A DNA stretch of 64,000 nt from Chiloscyllium plagiosum. Taxonomy: Eukaryota. Every line of letters starts with the position of its first letter. Position 1 is the first letter of the stretch. The stretch lies in assembly GCF_004010195.1 (NCBI RefSeq), contig NC_057719.1, positions 25,680,663 to 25,744,662 on the forward strand, given 5' to 3'. The translations under genes were made by a program, and so were the position numbers. The notes below the pieces were generated by a model. That model was not told where the DNA came from, ran no database searches, and saw nothing but the letters and a program-made list of their open reading frames with translations. Shown here piece by piece: positions 12,275 to 25,466 of the stretch.

Positions 12275-13659
12275 CTGTACACAAAAAAAAGAATACAAGT
12301 AAGATCTTAAAAAAGTATACTCAAGATGAATGCCAGTCTGTTGAAAGATATTGTCATAATTGTCATAACTTTAAAATCTATATTATATTAGACATGCACC
12401 ATTTTAATTTAAAAACTGCTCTCATTCTCACTGGTGAAGAGAATGTTAAGTGATGATTATATTTTCTCGATTATGAAGGGGAACATATCATTTAGATTAA
12501 GGCGAAATGAAGTAGGTAGGATGGTGTGGGACCAGAACTTTCACCACCCATCCCCTTCCTTCCTTTGCCTGAATTTGGTTTTGGGTGTGAAGGACCAGAC
12601 TTTGCCTTTTTGTTGAGATCTTTAAGTGGTAACTGAATAAAATTTAAGGATTGTTTGCCTGTGAGATGCAATAATTTCCACTCCAGGCAGAATTGGAAAA
12701 CATTGGCCTAATTGACTGGTAAAACAGCACAGGCAGGATGTCAGTTGAGGTGCACTTGGGTCTCTCAAATTACAGCTGAAGGACTGTTTATAGAGGATTG
12801 GCCACGAGGATTCCCATTACCCTTCTATCCCACCCCCTTGGCCCCTTTTTCCATGCCACCAGCACCCTGCACGATTCTCCCCTCACACCCTCAAAACAAC
12901 ATTTACCCTCTATTTTGGCAAGAGTGATCCCAATTCTGAGAGTTCCGATGGTGTTGTCCCAGCAGCAGCCATGACTCTGACAAGTTTCGGAGTTCTCAGC
13001 CTCCCACAGGCCAGCAGTGCTTTGTGGCCAGTATAACCTCATAGTATTGGCTAAAAGCCCATTGAAGCCAATCAGTGGACTCATTGCAGTAAGATCCAGC
13101 AAGCTTTCAAATCCTGCTATCCCGAAGGAAACACCAACAAAACTTACGAATGATCCATACCGGTCCAAACTTGTCTTATTTACTTCAAATACAGAGCTCC
13201 AGTATGGCCGGTAAGTTTAGTTACAGCTATTACGTTTATCGAAAGAAATTGTTTTTTTCACTTCTTGGGAGACTCTGAGTTTGGCTTGTGTAAAGTGCTG
13301 AGGGGAAAGCATTGTGTGGTCTCTTTAAGAGCTGTCAGGAGAATATGAAGAAGTAAAAAAAGGCTATTTTGAGTGCTCACGGATAGGTACCAGAAGCATA
13401 TAGACAATGGTTCAGAAATGTAAGAAAGGAACCAGATCAGACCTATACTAAGTTTGAAAGAATTAAACAGAGCAATTTCGATAGCTGGATGACAGCATTC
13501 AAGATAGAAAATACATATGAGGCTCTTAGAGATATTTTCTGCTGGAGGAGTTGAAAAACTCACTTCCAGAAGTGATAAAAACTCGTGGCGAGGAAAAGAG
13601 AGTTTCAACAGTGAGAAGACTTACCAGGGGAAAGCAGTGGAGCACAGGACTCTGGCACA

Positions 13660-15775
13660 GAGTCTGTCCCTGCTACTCAGAAGGGAAGGGTGAAGAGAAG
13701 CAGAGCAGGACTCATTGGGGACTCCATAGTTAGGGGGACAGATAGGAGGTGCGGTGGGGACGAGAGAGACTCACGGTTGGTGTGTTGCCTCCCAGCTGCC
13801 AGGGTTCGTGATGTCTCTGATCATGTTTTTGGGATCCTTAAGGGGGAGCGGGAGCAGCCCCAAGTCGTGGTCCACATAGGCACCAACGACATAGGTATGA
13901 AGAGAGATGGGGATTTAAGGCAGAAATTCAGGGAGCTCAGATGGAAGCTTAGAGCTAGGACGAACAGAGTTGTTGTCTCTGGTTTGTTGCCTGTGCCACG
14001 TGCTAGTGAGGTGAGGAATAGGGAGAGAGAGGAGTTGAACATGTGGATTCTTGAATAATTGGGGCTCTTTCTGGGGTAGGTGGGACCTCTACAAGCAGGA
14101 TGATCTTCATCTGAACCAGAGGGGTACCAATATCCAGGGGGGGAAATTTGCTAAGGCTATTGGGGTGGGTTTAAACTAATCCAGCAGGGGAATGGGAACC
14201 AAAATTGTAGTTTGAGTATAGAAAAGGTTGAGAGTAGGGAGGTCCGAAATCAAGTTTCAGGGACCGGCAAGCAAGAAGTTGGTTTGAAGTGTCAGGGGCA
14301 ATGCCAGGAGCATCCGGAATAAAGTGGGTGAACTTGCAACATGGGTTGGTACCTGGGACTTTGATGTTCTGGCCATTTCGGAGACATGAATAGAGCAGGG
14401 ACAGGAATGGTTGTTGCAGGTTCCAGGATTTAGATGTTTCAGCAAGAACAGAGAAGATGTAAAAGAGGGGGAGGTGTGGCATTGTTGGTCAAAAACAGTA
14501 TTACAGTTGCAGAAAGGATGTTTGGGGACTCGTCAACTGAGGTAGTATGGGCTGCGGTTAGAAACAGGAAAGGAGAGGTCACCCTGTTGGGAGTCTTCTC
14601 CGAATAGCTCCAGAGATGTAGAGGAAAGGATAGCATAGATGATCCGCAATAGGAGTGAGAGAGACAGGGTAGTTGTCATGGGGGACTTCAAATTTCCAAA
14701 TATTGACTGGGAACACTATAGTACGAGTACTATAGATGGGTCAGTTTTTGTCCAGTGTGTGCAGGAGGGCTTCCTGACACAGTATGTAGACAGGCCAACA
14801 AGGGGCGAAGACACATTAGATTTGGTACTGGGTAATGAGCCCGGTCAGGTGTTAGACTTGGAAGTAGGTGAGCACTTTAGTGATAGTGATCACAATTCTG
14901 ATGTTTACTTTAGTGATAGAAAGGGATAGGTGTACCACTGGGCAAGAGTTACAGCTGGGGGAAAGGCATCTGAGAGGTGGCAAATGGAGTTTAATGCGGA
15001 CAAGTGTGAGGTGATTCACTTTGGTCGGAGTAAATGCAAAGTACTGGGCTAATGGTAAGATTCTTGGTAGTGTAGATGAGCAGAGAGATCTTGGTGTAAA
15101 CACAGATCCTTGAAAGTTGCCACCCAGGTTGACAGGGTTGTTAAGAAGGCATACAGTGTTTTAGCTTTTATTAATAGAGGAATCAAGTTCCGGAACCATG
15201 AGGTTATGCTACAGCTATACAAAACTCTGGTGCGGCCACACTTGGAGTATTGTGTACAGTTCTGGTCACTGCATTATGAGAAGAATGTGGAAGCTTTGGA
15301 AAGGGTGCAGAGGAGATTTACTAGCATGTTACCTGGTATGGAGGGAAGGTCTTACGAGGAAAGGCTGAGGGACTTGAGGCTGTTTTCGTTGGAGAGAAGA
15401 AGGTTGAGAGGTGACTTAATAGAGACATATAAGATAATCAGAGGATTAGATAGGGTGGACAGGGAGAGCCTTTTTCCAAGTATGTTGACAGCGAGCATGA
15501 AGGGGCATAGCTTTAAATCGAGGGGTGATAGATATAGGACAGATGTCAGAGGTAGTTACTTTACTCAGAGCGTAGTAAAGGTATGGAATGCTTTGCCTGC
15601 AACAGTAGTAGATTCGCCAACTTTAAGTACATTTAAGTCGTCATTGGACAAGCATATCGACGTGCATGAAATAGTGTAGGTTAGATGGGTTTCAGATTGG
15701 TATGACAGGTTGGCGCAACATCGAGGGCCAAAGGGCCTGTACTGCGCTGTAATGTTCTATGTTCTGTGTTCTATG
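13660..15775 (+). mobile_element. CR1 LINE with large internal deletion and intact 3' tail
   Basis: ORF1 GDSIVRG...VHIGTNDI, then APE GDFKFPNIDW...LDLVLG. Jumps at about 14968 to the RT C-terminus (KTLVRPHLEYCVQFW...RGHSFK). (GTTCTAT)n tail near 15754-15774. Confidence 0.92.
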
Positions 15776-15784
15776 ACTCTGTGA

Positions 15785-16184
15785 CCAGTTTTAGCCATGC
15801 CAAATTTCTTGAAACCCTTCAAAGCCATCATCAACGCAAGTGATGTTGGTGTTGGAGCTGTGTTGTTACAAGAGAATGAGTGTGGAATTGAAAGGTCAAT
15901 CAATTATTTTTCAAAATAACTGAATATCCATGAGAAAAAATATTCAACCACTAAAACAGTGTTATTGAGTTTGGTACTGGCCTTACAACATTTGAATGTT
16001 TACATTGCAAACAATGCATCAGTGATGGTTGTGTATACTGATCACAATCCTTTGACATTTCTGGAAAGATTTAAGGACAAGAACACCAGATTAGTTTGTT
16101 GGAGTCTCAAGTAACAAACCTTTAATTTAACAGATTGTAACAGGTTGCCAAAATATTATTGTGGATGGTTTATTGCAAGTTTAA
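15785..16184 (+). pseudogene. Ty3/Gypsy RNase H relic (pol C-terminus)
   Basis: My translation: PVLAMPNFLKPFKAIINASDVGVGAVLLQ...YFSK*LNIHEKKYST...VYTDHNPLTFL...RLVCWSL...NIIVDGLLQV*. These are degenerate DAS/GAVL/TDH/ADALSR motifs with in-frame stops. Confidence 0.88.
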
Positions 16185-16347
16185 AAGGAAAATGCTTATG
16201 TAAGATAGAAACAGTAGTGTTCAATTTTATATATAGTATAAAATGTGTAACTCTAGATTCATGGATTTAGTAATATAATGGAGTTACGGTTTTAAAAGAA
16301 GAGTTTTTAAAAAAAAATTATGGTTCATTCTTTTCTTAAGGGGGAGG

Positions 16348-17341
16348 TGTTGCACATTTGGGTAGAGTATTTGTAGATTGGGATGCAGGAAGTTAGAATT
16401 TGGTGTTAGTAAAGTGCTGGTGGGAAATCATTGTGTGGCATTTTCTTTGTATGTAGAGATTTACAAAGGATGTCTTTGAGCAGTAGATCGCAAGACACAG
16501 AGAACCTGAATTGAATCATTTGTATTGAAAGTCTGTATAGTTAGCAGACCAAGCAACAGTTTTTACCAAGACAACAGTCTTTTGAATTTAGCCAATCAAT
16601 TTGAACCAAATACTTAGATATCAAAAAACTATTAAATTTAAATCTGATTTGATAACATAGGGATAATCCTATTGTACAAAATATTGATATGTCATCATGG
16701 GTAAAAAAGAAGGGGACCATTGGACAAAGACCACAGAGCTAACTGCCATCCACCAGAGCTAACGGCCTTCAGCTCTTAAGAGAGAATCGCTGTCTCTCAC
16801 AGCCTCCTCTCTGTCTTAAAGAAAGCACTATCTAAATAATAACAATACTGACAACATGACTAGTGAATATTCCTGACAGAAAAAATGATGGATTAGGCAT
16901 TCCTGACAGAAGGATCACAGGCGAAGGTATTCCTGATAGAAGAATCGATAGAGAAGGCACAGAACATTCTGGAAGACACGTAACCTGGCTGTAATTTTGA
17001 GAGTCAAAATTCTATCTTTTTGTTATATGAGTGGGACTTGTATTTATTGGAACAGCATACCATTAGAATCTTGTTTGGTTTGGGAATAGTTAGTAGTTAG
17101 AAGAGATTTATTTTGTTTGTTATAATTCAATTAATTTGTTCACTGTTAGAGTTAGATAAATAGATTGTTACTTGTTGATTTTCAAGCGAGTGTCAGGGAT
17201 TTATTTTACTTAACCATGAGAAGTTGCTGAAAAGCAGGTTACACCACTTTTCACACTCTTTACAGATTATAAGGTGAGGTACTTCTCTTTGGGTGTTTCA
17301 GTTTTAGTGCTCGGGGGAGGGTCAACCTCCGCTTTATAACA
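16348..17341 (+). mobile_element. 3' LTR of the Gypsy relic
   Basis: Polypurine tract AAGGGGGAGG at 16338-16347 immediately precedes TGTT. Likely end TAACA at 17341. Contains three internal ATTCCTGAYAGAA repeats at about 16869-16945. Confidence 0.7.
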
Positions 17342-17454
17342 ACAACAATAAGAGGACAGGGATGATGAGATTTTTGTTTCTCTTAGACATTCTCTTCCAG
17401 GTCAACAGTTAAGGCTGGGTCAGTGAATTTACTTAAGGCTGAGTTGGATAGGGA

Positions 17455-17670
17455 CAACAGCAGAAATTACTGGAAATGCTCAGCACGTCTGGCAGCATCT
17501 ATGAAGAGAAAGCAGAGTTAACATTTTGAGCCCAGCACCCCTTTTTCCAAACATTATGGCCAGTGGACTTGAAATGTTAACTCTGCTTTCCCTCCACAGA
17601 TGTTGCCAGACCTGCTGAAAGTCTCCAGCAGTTTCTGTTTTGTTTCAGATCTGCAGTTCCTTGTTTTAAT
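17455..17670. mobile_element. PLE-derived fold-back element, family 2
   Basis: Arm cagaaattactgg...gcagagttaacattt is inverted against aaatgttaactctgc...ccagcagtttctg. The hammerhead core at the centre has decayed. Confidence 0.7.
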
Positions 17671-20576
17671 TTATTTGAGTTAGTTAGAGCTTTAATAGAA
17701 AAGGAACTCTAGGATTATGGAGGCAAACAGGAAAGTCTTGTTGAGACCACAATCGGACTCGCCATGATTTTATTGAATGGTGGAGCTGGCCTGAAGGGTG
17801 GAATGGCCTTCTTCTCCTCTTAATTCCTCTGTATCTGTATTTTCAGGTCCCCTGAGAGGTTAGAATGCCAGCACTGTATCAAGATGAATGCTAAAGTTAA
17901 TCAAATTTATCTGACAGGAAGGGCTTCAATGTTTATTAGTAATGTTATAAGATGATTGGTAATAATGTCGTTTCCAAGATGAACTAAAAGTTGAGGCTAT
18001 TACTTTACTCCTGTTATAACTCATTTCTGGTTATCCATCATACATATTGTGGCTTTGCATTATTTCTGCCGATTCATGTGGCCTTTCACAATTGGAACCG
18101 CTTAACCCATTGGTATCAATTGGGCTATTGTTGCAAGCATGCTTGTTTCAACAAGTGAGTGACATAAGTTGTACATGTCAAGTGCGAGTCTTAAGATCAT
18201 TTATCAGAGGTTGAATTTCTTGAGTTGGAACAGTGTGTGACAACAAATGAATATGGGTTCTCATCCTGAGAAAACATGACAATAAAGCTTAAATAAAATC
18301 AAAATTTACTGAAAAATGCAGAGCAATAAACAGTGACGCAAACTAAATACATTTTGTGCATTATCTTGCCAATATGCCCCAATATAGAGTCCATAATTAT
18401 TTTAAAATAGAGATAGTTGAATGAAAAAGAAGAATTTGAGAGAGATCAGGAGAAGGATGTTAGCCTGGGTGTATGACATGGATGAAAGCATCATTTTGGA
18501 CTCAAATGGCTGTTTCAATGTCTGATATGACATGACCCTATCAGGTCAATGTTTAGTTTACGGCCACAACAGGCAGTGAGCAAGGGAATTCTATGATTCT
18601 ATGAAGGTGGGAATGGGGAACGGGGGTAGTTTGGGGAATGAGAGGCAAGAAAATATGATTTGTTTTTGTGTTCCTATTCCAAGAAAGTTTTCAGAGAGTC
18701 ACTTAAGGAATCCTGGTTAGGTTGCTGAAAATTAGTGCAAAAGGAACAGAGCTGTACAACCCATTTATAACTAAGGCTTATAACCAGGATCGTAGCTACA
18801 TGACTGGACCCTGATTACATGCAATCCAATCCCTCATTTGAAACTGGAGTGGATTCGAATGCCCTTTTTCAAATAATATGCAACAGGGTCATAAATATCA
18901 TAACTATAGTAATAGCTACTTACCCATCTGCACAGTGGCAGTACTTAAAATTGTTTTGTGTTGCTCTTGCACTAGAGTTGGTGCCTGGAACCAAACCTTT
19001 TGGCAGCAGAAATTCAAAGTGCAGAGAACAAATGCGACTTTGTACTGACCATCAAATGGAGTACAGCAGTACACATATTCATTAATGAGAGCAGTATCAT
19101 TGTTCTTGAAGCCTGAGCACTCAGTGCTGAAGAAGTGCCTTAGTAGATAGCCCTTTACATTGGTTTTGTGCGGGGTGGTTTATGGTAAATTTCTAAACGC
19201 AGATTGTGAAATATCATGCTTGCAATGCAATTTGTGCATACTGATTCTCAAGTAAAGTCTAAGCAGTATTTTGCACAGGGCACATTATGATGTTAACAGG
19301 TTGGTTATATTCCTTCAATCAGTTTTTAGTCTCCCTGAATTTTCTTGCTCAGGGAATTTTCTTGAAGTGGACGCTGAAGAGATCTCTATATTTAGGCATC
19401 ATTTGAATGGCAGGCCACATTGGACTAGATTTGTCCTGGCTCCAGTTCTAAGGAGGCAGTTTCCAACATTTGTTTAAAATGGGTTCAATGGAGTATCAAC
19501 ACTTCCTGCCCAATGCCATGGAACAGACTCAAACCAATTTCAGATTCAGAATTCAATTTGTTGGACCTAAATGGGTATGGTCACATGATTCTTCTTGTAA
19601 AATTGTTCACTCAGGGGATATGTGTGCTATTGACAAGGCCAATAGTTATTGCCCATCCCTAACTGGGCTGAAAAGGACTGGCTTGCTGGGCCATTTCAAA
19701 GGACAGTTAAGATCGAACCACATTACAGTGGGTCAGGAGTCACATATAGGCCAGACCAGGCAAGGATGGCAGATTTCCTTCCCTAAAGGGCTTTAATGAA
19801 TGAGCTGGGTTCTTACAACAATAGGTAATGGTTATATGGCCAGCATTAGGTTAGTTCTTAATTCCAGATTGTTATTAAATTTAAAAGAAACTGAAAACAT
19901 TATTTTCAAGAAAAGGGCTACATCTAATTGCTAGGAAAATTGCAGCCTTCCATTAATCTGTGCAGTGCAATTAATTTGGAGATTCCAAATCCAAAGAAAA
20001 GCCAATGCAGCAGCAGTGGTGGCATCAAATATAGAATGGGTCCTATTTGGGTTATGATGCATTTAGAAAGAGGAACTCTCTGTTTACTATACAGTGATAC
20101 TAACGAATCATGGTTTCTGCTGTAACATAGTTATTCGTCATTATTACAAGAAATACTCACTCACTTAGAATCCTGATGATAGGCACATGGCTCCTACTAA
20201 ACTCATAGCAGAAATATTGTGCAACCAACCTCTAACTGTGAAGAGTTAGATGATGTCAATCCATAGCTTTCTCATACAATTCCTAAAGCCTCCATGTTGA
20301 AAATTATTGCTGTGAAGTCTCACTTGAAAATGGGCTCATACTGTTTACTTAAGGATAACAATGGACAAACGGCTGGTCCACCCAACTGAGAAACAGCAGC
20401 ATAAGCATAAGCAACATATCAAGGCAGCAGATTTTGTTAAGAAGTGGAAAAAATAATCACATTAAACACACAACATAGTTTTTATTATGACATAGCACTG
20501 AGCACATTGGGATTCTGGGAACAGATAGTAAAAACTTGCATTGCACACCATATGGATCAGTCAAACATTAACTTAC

Positions 20577-20649
20577 CTGCTCACACAATAGAATGCCACC
20601 ATTTTGAAGATATCTTCAAAAACCAATAAAGAGCCATCCAAATACATAA
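20577..20649 (-). CDS. RIN3: RIN3 coding exon (SH2 domain), 73 nt
   Basis: tttcctttcAG|TTATGTATT...GTGAGCAG|GTaagt. Translates (I)MYLDGSLLVFEDIFKMVAFYCVS(R), close to RIN3 ILYLEGSALVFEDIFRLIAFYCVSR as recalled. Confidence 0.93.
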
Positions 20650-21199
20650 CTGAAAGGAAAGAATAAAATAATTGAGAGCTTCAGTAACCCTGAATTAATG
20701 GTGTTATATTTGTAAACAGCCAGGAACTATTTGTTTTGTGAATATATTTCCAAGATTGCCACATGTTAAACAGACGTCATGTGATGAGCACAAATGTCTA
20801 TCAGTCCGCCAACCACAGAGACACTGCAAGAAATACATCCTTCCCTTTGCTGAAATCAGGTACTGACTGCCTTTCGCCAAGGGCTCCCCTCCATCCAGTA
20901 GCTCTTGAATGACCCCATTGAGTGAACCACCCTCCTGCTGCTGACTCAATATTAGTGGTTGAACAATTAACTATTTTTCTAGCTGATTAAATGACACCTG
21001 CCATCAAACTTGTCACAAGGGAGGACACAAGATTTGATCTGATGAGAGCACTGTGGGCATAGAAACCCCAACACTGCATGCAATGGCTGGGTGTGTCAGC
21101 TTCACAGAACCATTCAGATCAGCAAGAGGCTGCTTTATAAACCTGCAATCATAAATCTGAAGCTGCAGCTTCATGAATTGAACAGATAGTTTGCATTGG

Positions 21200-22190
21200 T
21201 CTTCACTATTGGAGGATACAAGTAATATTCTGGAAATAACTGTAATTCAGGAAATGGAAGGGAGAGACAAATGCAGGAGAATTACAATCACCAGGGAAGT
21301 AGTACAGATTCCATCTGAGCACATTGCTGGAGCTATGGCCTGTGAAGTCCCTGAGTCCTGATGAACTTCAGCTTTGGTTCTTAAAGTAGTGACTGGTGAG
21401 ACAGTTGATACGTGACCTTAATTTTCCACACTTGCCCACTTTTGGGAAAGGTTCAATTAGACTGGGACATAGTGAATAATGATTTAATTTGCAAAGAGAG
21501 GGAGCCATCAAACAGGAAACTACAGGTCAGTCAGCTTAACATCTGTCACATTGAAAATGTTAGAAGCTTATATTGCAGAAACTATAGCAGAGCCACTGAG
21601 AAAAGTTCAAGGTAATCACACAGAGTTACATTAAAGTCAAAGAGTGGGGTGCTGGAAAAGCACAGCCGGTCAGGTGGCATCCAAGCAGCAGGAGATCAAG
21701 ATTCCTGATGAAGCGTTTATGTTGGAAATGTCGACTCTCCTGCTCCTTGATGTTGCCTGACCTGCTGTGCTTTTCCAGCACCACACTCTTTTACTCTGAT
21801 CTCCAGCATCTGCAGTCCTCACTTTTTCCTAGATGGTTATATTAAAGGATAATTATGTTGAACCAATTTATTGGAGATCTTTTTGGAATTAAAATATGCT
21901 GTGGATTATGGAGAATTGCATTGTATTTAGATTTCCAAAAAGCATGGAGTGATAAGGTGGCTTATTAAAGATTATAATGGAGAATGAACTGTGAAACATT
22001 TGGCATTTGGATAGAACTCTGCCTAGCTAACAGGAAACAAAACAGTCATAAAATGGTCATTTTCAGGTTGGCAAGATGTAATGAATAGCGTCATAGGGAT
22101 CATTGTTAGGAGCTCAACAGTTTACAATCTCTATGTAAAATGAGATAGTAATTTTCATTATGGTTGCTAATTTTGCTAATGACAAGAGGA
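21200..22190 (+). mobile_element. Old, highly decayed CR1 ORF2 fragment
   Basis: ggaaactacaggtcagtcagc (NYRxVS), ttagatttccaaaaagca (LDFQKA) and ttttgctaatgaca (FAxD). Confidence 0.65.
21633..21831. mobile_element. PLE-derived fold-back element, family 1, with degenerate hammerhead
   Basis: Inverted arms gtgctggaaaagcacagc and gctgtgcttttccagcac. CTGATGAAGCGTTTATGTTGGAAATGTC at about 21705-21732. Family tail present. Confidence 0.7.
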
Positions 22191-22615
22191 GAAAGACTTT
22201 AACACTAATTCATTATAAACCTACTTCATATGGGGTTATTACACAAAGTATGAGGCTACCTGACAGAAACATTATTGCTCTTCTCTCTCTGGAAAAACCC
22301 ATATAAAGTCTCTAAAAATGTTAAAGTCTCCTAGTTTCGACTTCTATAATGATATTCCGGAGTTGACTTATACTCTGTCATCTACACAAGTGTCTCATAA
22401 AGGCTAACAAATAACTCCAAGCTTGAGGTAAACTAAAAGTGATGGATAGCGGAAGTAGTCACATTTTGGGTACCTGACCTGTGGCCGTGAACCAGAAGTA
22501 TTTGAATAAGTGACTGATACAGGGAAAACAGCTCCTAGAAATGAAGTTTACCAACAGATGCAAGGAGGCAGGGGACAGTCCTCACCAGGCAGCTGCCATT
22601 TTCTGATTGAGGAAG

Positions 22616-22782
22616 CTGAAAATGTGTTGCTGGAAAAGCGCAGCAGGTCAGGCAGCATCCAAGGAACAGGAGAATCGACGTTTCGGGCATAAGCCCTTCC
22701 TGGATGCTGCCTGACCTGCTGCGCTTTTCCAGCAACACATTTTCAGCTCTGATCTCCAACATCTGCAGACCTCACTTTCTCC
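22616..22782. mobile_element. PLE-derived fold-back element, family 1
   Basis: TSD TCTGATTGAGGAAG at 22602-22615 and 22783-22796. Near-perfect inverted arms. Confidence 0.8.
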
Positions 22783-23071
22783 TCTGATTGAGGAAGACCT
22801 GGGAATGTAGAGGAAGACTGGACAAAACATTTGTTAACATTTTGGCTACAGAACAGAAGGCTGCTTCACTCTGCGCTATGTGTCCTTTTGTCCTCCGGCT
22901 TGTAACTATTATATGCTTTTCCTATTTATACAGCTTATGCCTTATGTCTGACTGAGCCTTTACGAGACTTACTTGAAATGACTAATGAGTTCTGTACTGA
23001 AGTTCTGTACTTATAATGGAGAACGAAGCATGCAGTGTATTGTGAAACATTTGGCATTTTGATAGAACTCT

Positions 23072-23669
23072 GCATTGAAAGCTAGGCTTTCAGAATGATA
23101 ACAGTTTACAGCCACTGTTTTGTCATATAGTTACCACCATCTACCCACCATTCATATTCAACAGATGCCATCACCAAACACGTCTTCACAGCATGTCCCA
23201 AAACCCCTTCGCCATTTGGGTGATGTGTGACTCCCAAATCTTACCAACAATCCTTACCTACAACTCCAGTCTAAAAAGAAGAAGTGGTGAGTTAATGTCT
23301 GATATTGTTGAACTCAATGTAAAGTAGGTTGGATTGTGAGTTTACGAAATTAAAAGGATTGCAAGCAAATCACTGTTTCACTTTGAGGGAGTCAATGGGA
23401 AGAAAGAATCTAAAAAAGCAGGTGCTGTATCTCTTGTACTTGCAGAGGAAAATGTCGTGAGATGAGAATGGAAAATTGAGGTTTTCCGAGTTGTCAGAGT
23501 TTTAGGGAGGGAATAATCCATTTGGAATGACGAAGGGGTTTTGGGACATGCTGTGAAGATGCGTTTGGTGATGGCATCTGTTGAATACGAATGGTGGGTA
23601 GATGGTGGTAACTATATAACAAAACAGTGGCTGTAAACTGTATCATTCTGAAAGTTTAGCTTTCAATGC
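23072..23669. repeat. About 145-bp inverted repeat flanking a decayed PLE relic
   Basis: 23072-23216 is the reverse complement of 23526-23669 with few mismatches. Confidence 0.85.
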
Positions 23670-23869
23670 TTTTTAACAACAGAGGCATAGAGTACAAAAG
23701 CAAAGCAAGTTTGCTGAACTTATACAGAACAGTTGCTGTCACATCTGATCTTAATTCTGGCAACTCTTGGAGAGGAAAGCTCTGTAGTGGGTTAAGAAGA
23801 CTTACTAGAATAGCTCTGGACTTGATGGACTACAGAGAATCTGGAGTTGTTGACATGAGACCAAAAGAC

Positions 23870-24945
23870 AAAGAGAAATAGGATTTGGCATTTGGTCCCT
23901 TGAGCCTGATCCACCACCCAACAGGATCATGACTGATCCAATGCTCATCATGTCTGCTTTCCTGCCCTTTCCCCATAACCCTTGATTCCCAACTGACCAA
24001 AAATCTATCTCAGTCTCAATTATACACAAGGACTCTATCCCACAGCTCCGTGAGGCAAGGAATTGCAAAGACTCACAACCATTTGAGAGAAGAAATTCCT
24101 CATCACCTCCATCTTAAATTGCCGCCCCTTTATTCTGTGACTATGCCTGTTGGTCCTAAACTCACCCATGAGAGGAAATATCCTCTCAGCATTTAGCCTG
24201 TCAAGCCCCTTAAGAATCAAATATGTTTTAATTGATCACCTCTCATTCTTCTAAAGTCCAATGAGTAGAGTTCCCAAACTTTAACCTTTGATCAGAAGAC
24301 AATCCCTCCATACCAAGGACTGTCCTAGGAAACTTTCTCTGAGCTGCCTCCATTGAAATAATATTTTTTTTTTAATAAAGTTACCAAAACTCACCAGCAC
24401 TTTCTACAATTGCAGTAAGACTTCTCTAATCTTATACTCTAACCCCCTAGAGATAATGGCCAACATTCCATGAGGCTTTCTGATTACTTGATGCACCTGT
24501 GTGCTCACTTTCTGCGCTTCATGTACAAATAAGTGGAAGTCCCTTTATGTGGTCATTTCCTGCAGCTTTCTCTATTTAAATAATACTGTTCTTTTGGTCT
24601 CCCTTCCCAAATGATCAACTTCGCATTTTCCCACTTTATATTCCATTTGCCAACTTCTTACACACTTACTTAACCTATCAATGTCTCTCTGTAAACTTTC
24701 TGTATCCCTCTCTCTACCTACCTTTCCACCTCAATATTTTCTGCAAATGTGGCTACAGTTTATTTGCTTCCTTCATTGAAGTCATTAAAATATATTAAAA
24801 GCAGTAACAGTTCCAGCACTGATCACTGTGGAACTCCACCAGTTACAGACAGAAAATTACTTCCTGCCCATTCATCAATTCTTAATCCATGCCAATATAC
24901 CATCTCCAACACCATGGGCTCTCATCTCAGCCAAGAAGCCTGAAG
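23870..24945 (-). mobile_element. CR1 3' fragment
   Basis: Minus ORF ILKGLDRLNAERIFPLMGEFRTNRHS...RNFFSQ is a CR1 ORF2 C-terminus. Confidence 0.8.
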
Positions 24946-25195
24946 AATTTGATGGAGGTGTACAACTTTAGGAAGGATCCGATAGAATAAATAGAAACTG
25001 CTTCTAATGGCTGAAGGTTCAATTAATCAGATGACTCATTTAATTTTATTAAATTTGATTGGCAAAAGAACTAAAGGCAACTTGAGGAAAAGCCCTTCCC
25101 CAAACAGTGGTCAGGATTTGGATTGTACCTCACCTCCAGATATTGTTATGGATATGGATTAAATTAGGGTTTGAAAGAAAATTGGTCTAACGTTT

Positions 25196-25308
25196 GGAGA
25201 AAGCGAGGACTGCAGATGCTGGAGATCAGAGTCGAGAGTGTGTTGCTGGAAAAGCACAGCAGGTCAGGCAGCATCCGAGGAGCAGGAGAATCGACGTTTT
25301 GGGCAGAA
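25196..25308 (-). mobile_element. PLE terminal fragment, family 1, single arm
   Basis: Reverse complement of the family 1 tail and arm, ending at gacgttttgggc. Confidence 0.7.
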
Positions 25309-25354
25309 GAGCGTCATAGGCTGCGGGGTGACCTTATAGAGGTTTATTAAATCA

Positions 25355-25466
25355 TGGGAAATCTGAAATAAGAACAGAAATTGCTGAAAACACTCTAAGT
25401 CTGGCTGCATTTGTGGCGAGCGAAACAGGATTCACCTTTGAGACTGATGACCTTTTCATCAGAACA
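25355..25466 (-). mobile_element. PLE terminal fragment, family 2-like, degenerate hammerhead
   Basis: Minus strand GTTCTGATGAAAAGGTCATCAGTCTCAAAGG followed by the family arm. Confidence 0.55.

Noticed and set aside
22190..23010. Possible solo LTR
   Set aside because: I could not identify TG...CA termini or a TSD, so it is left unclassified.
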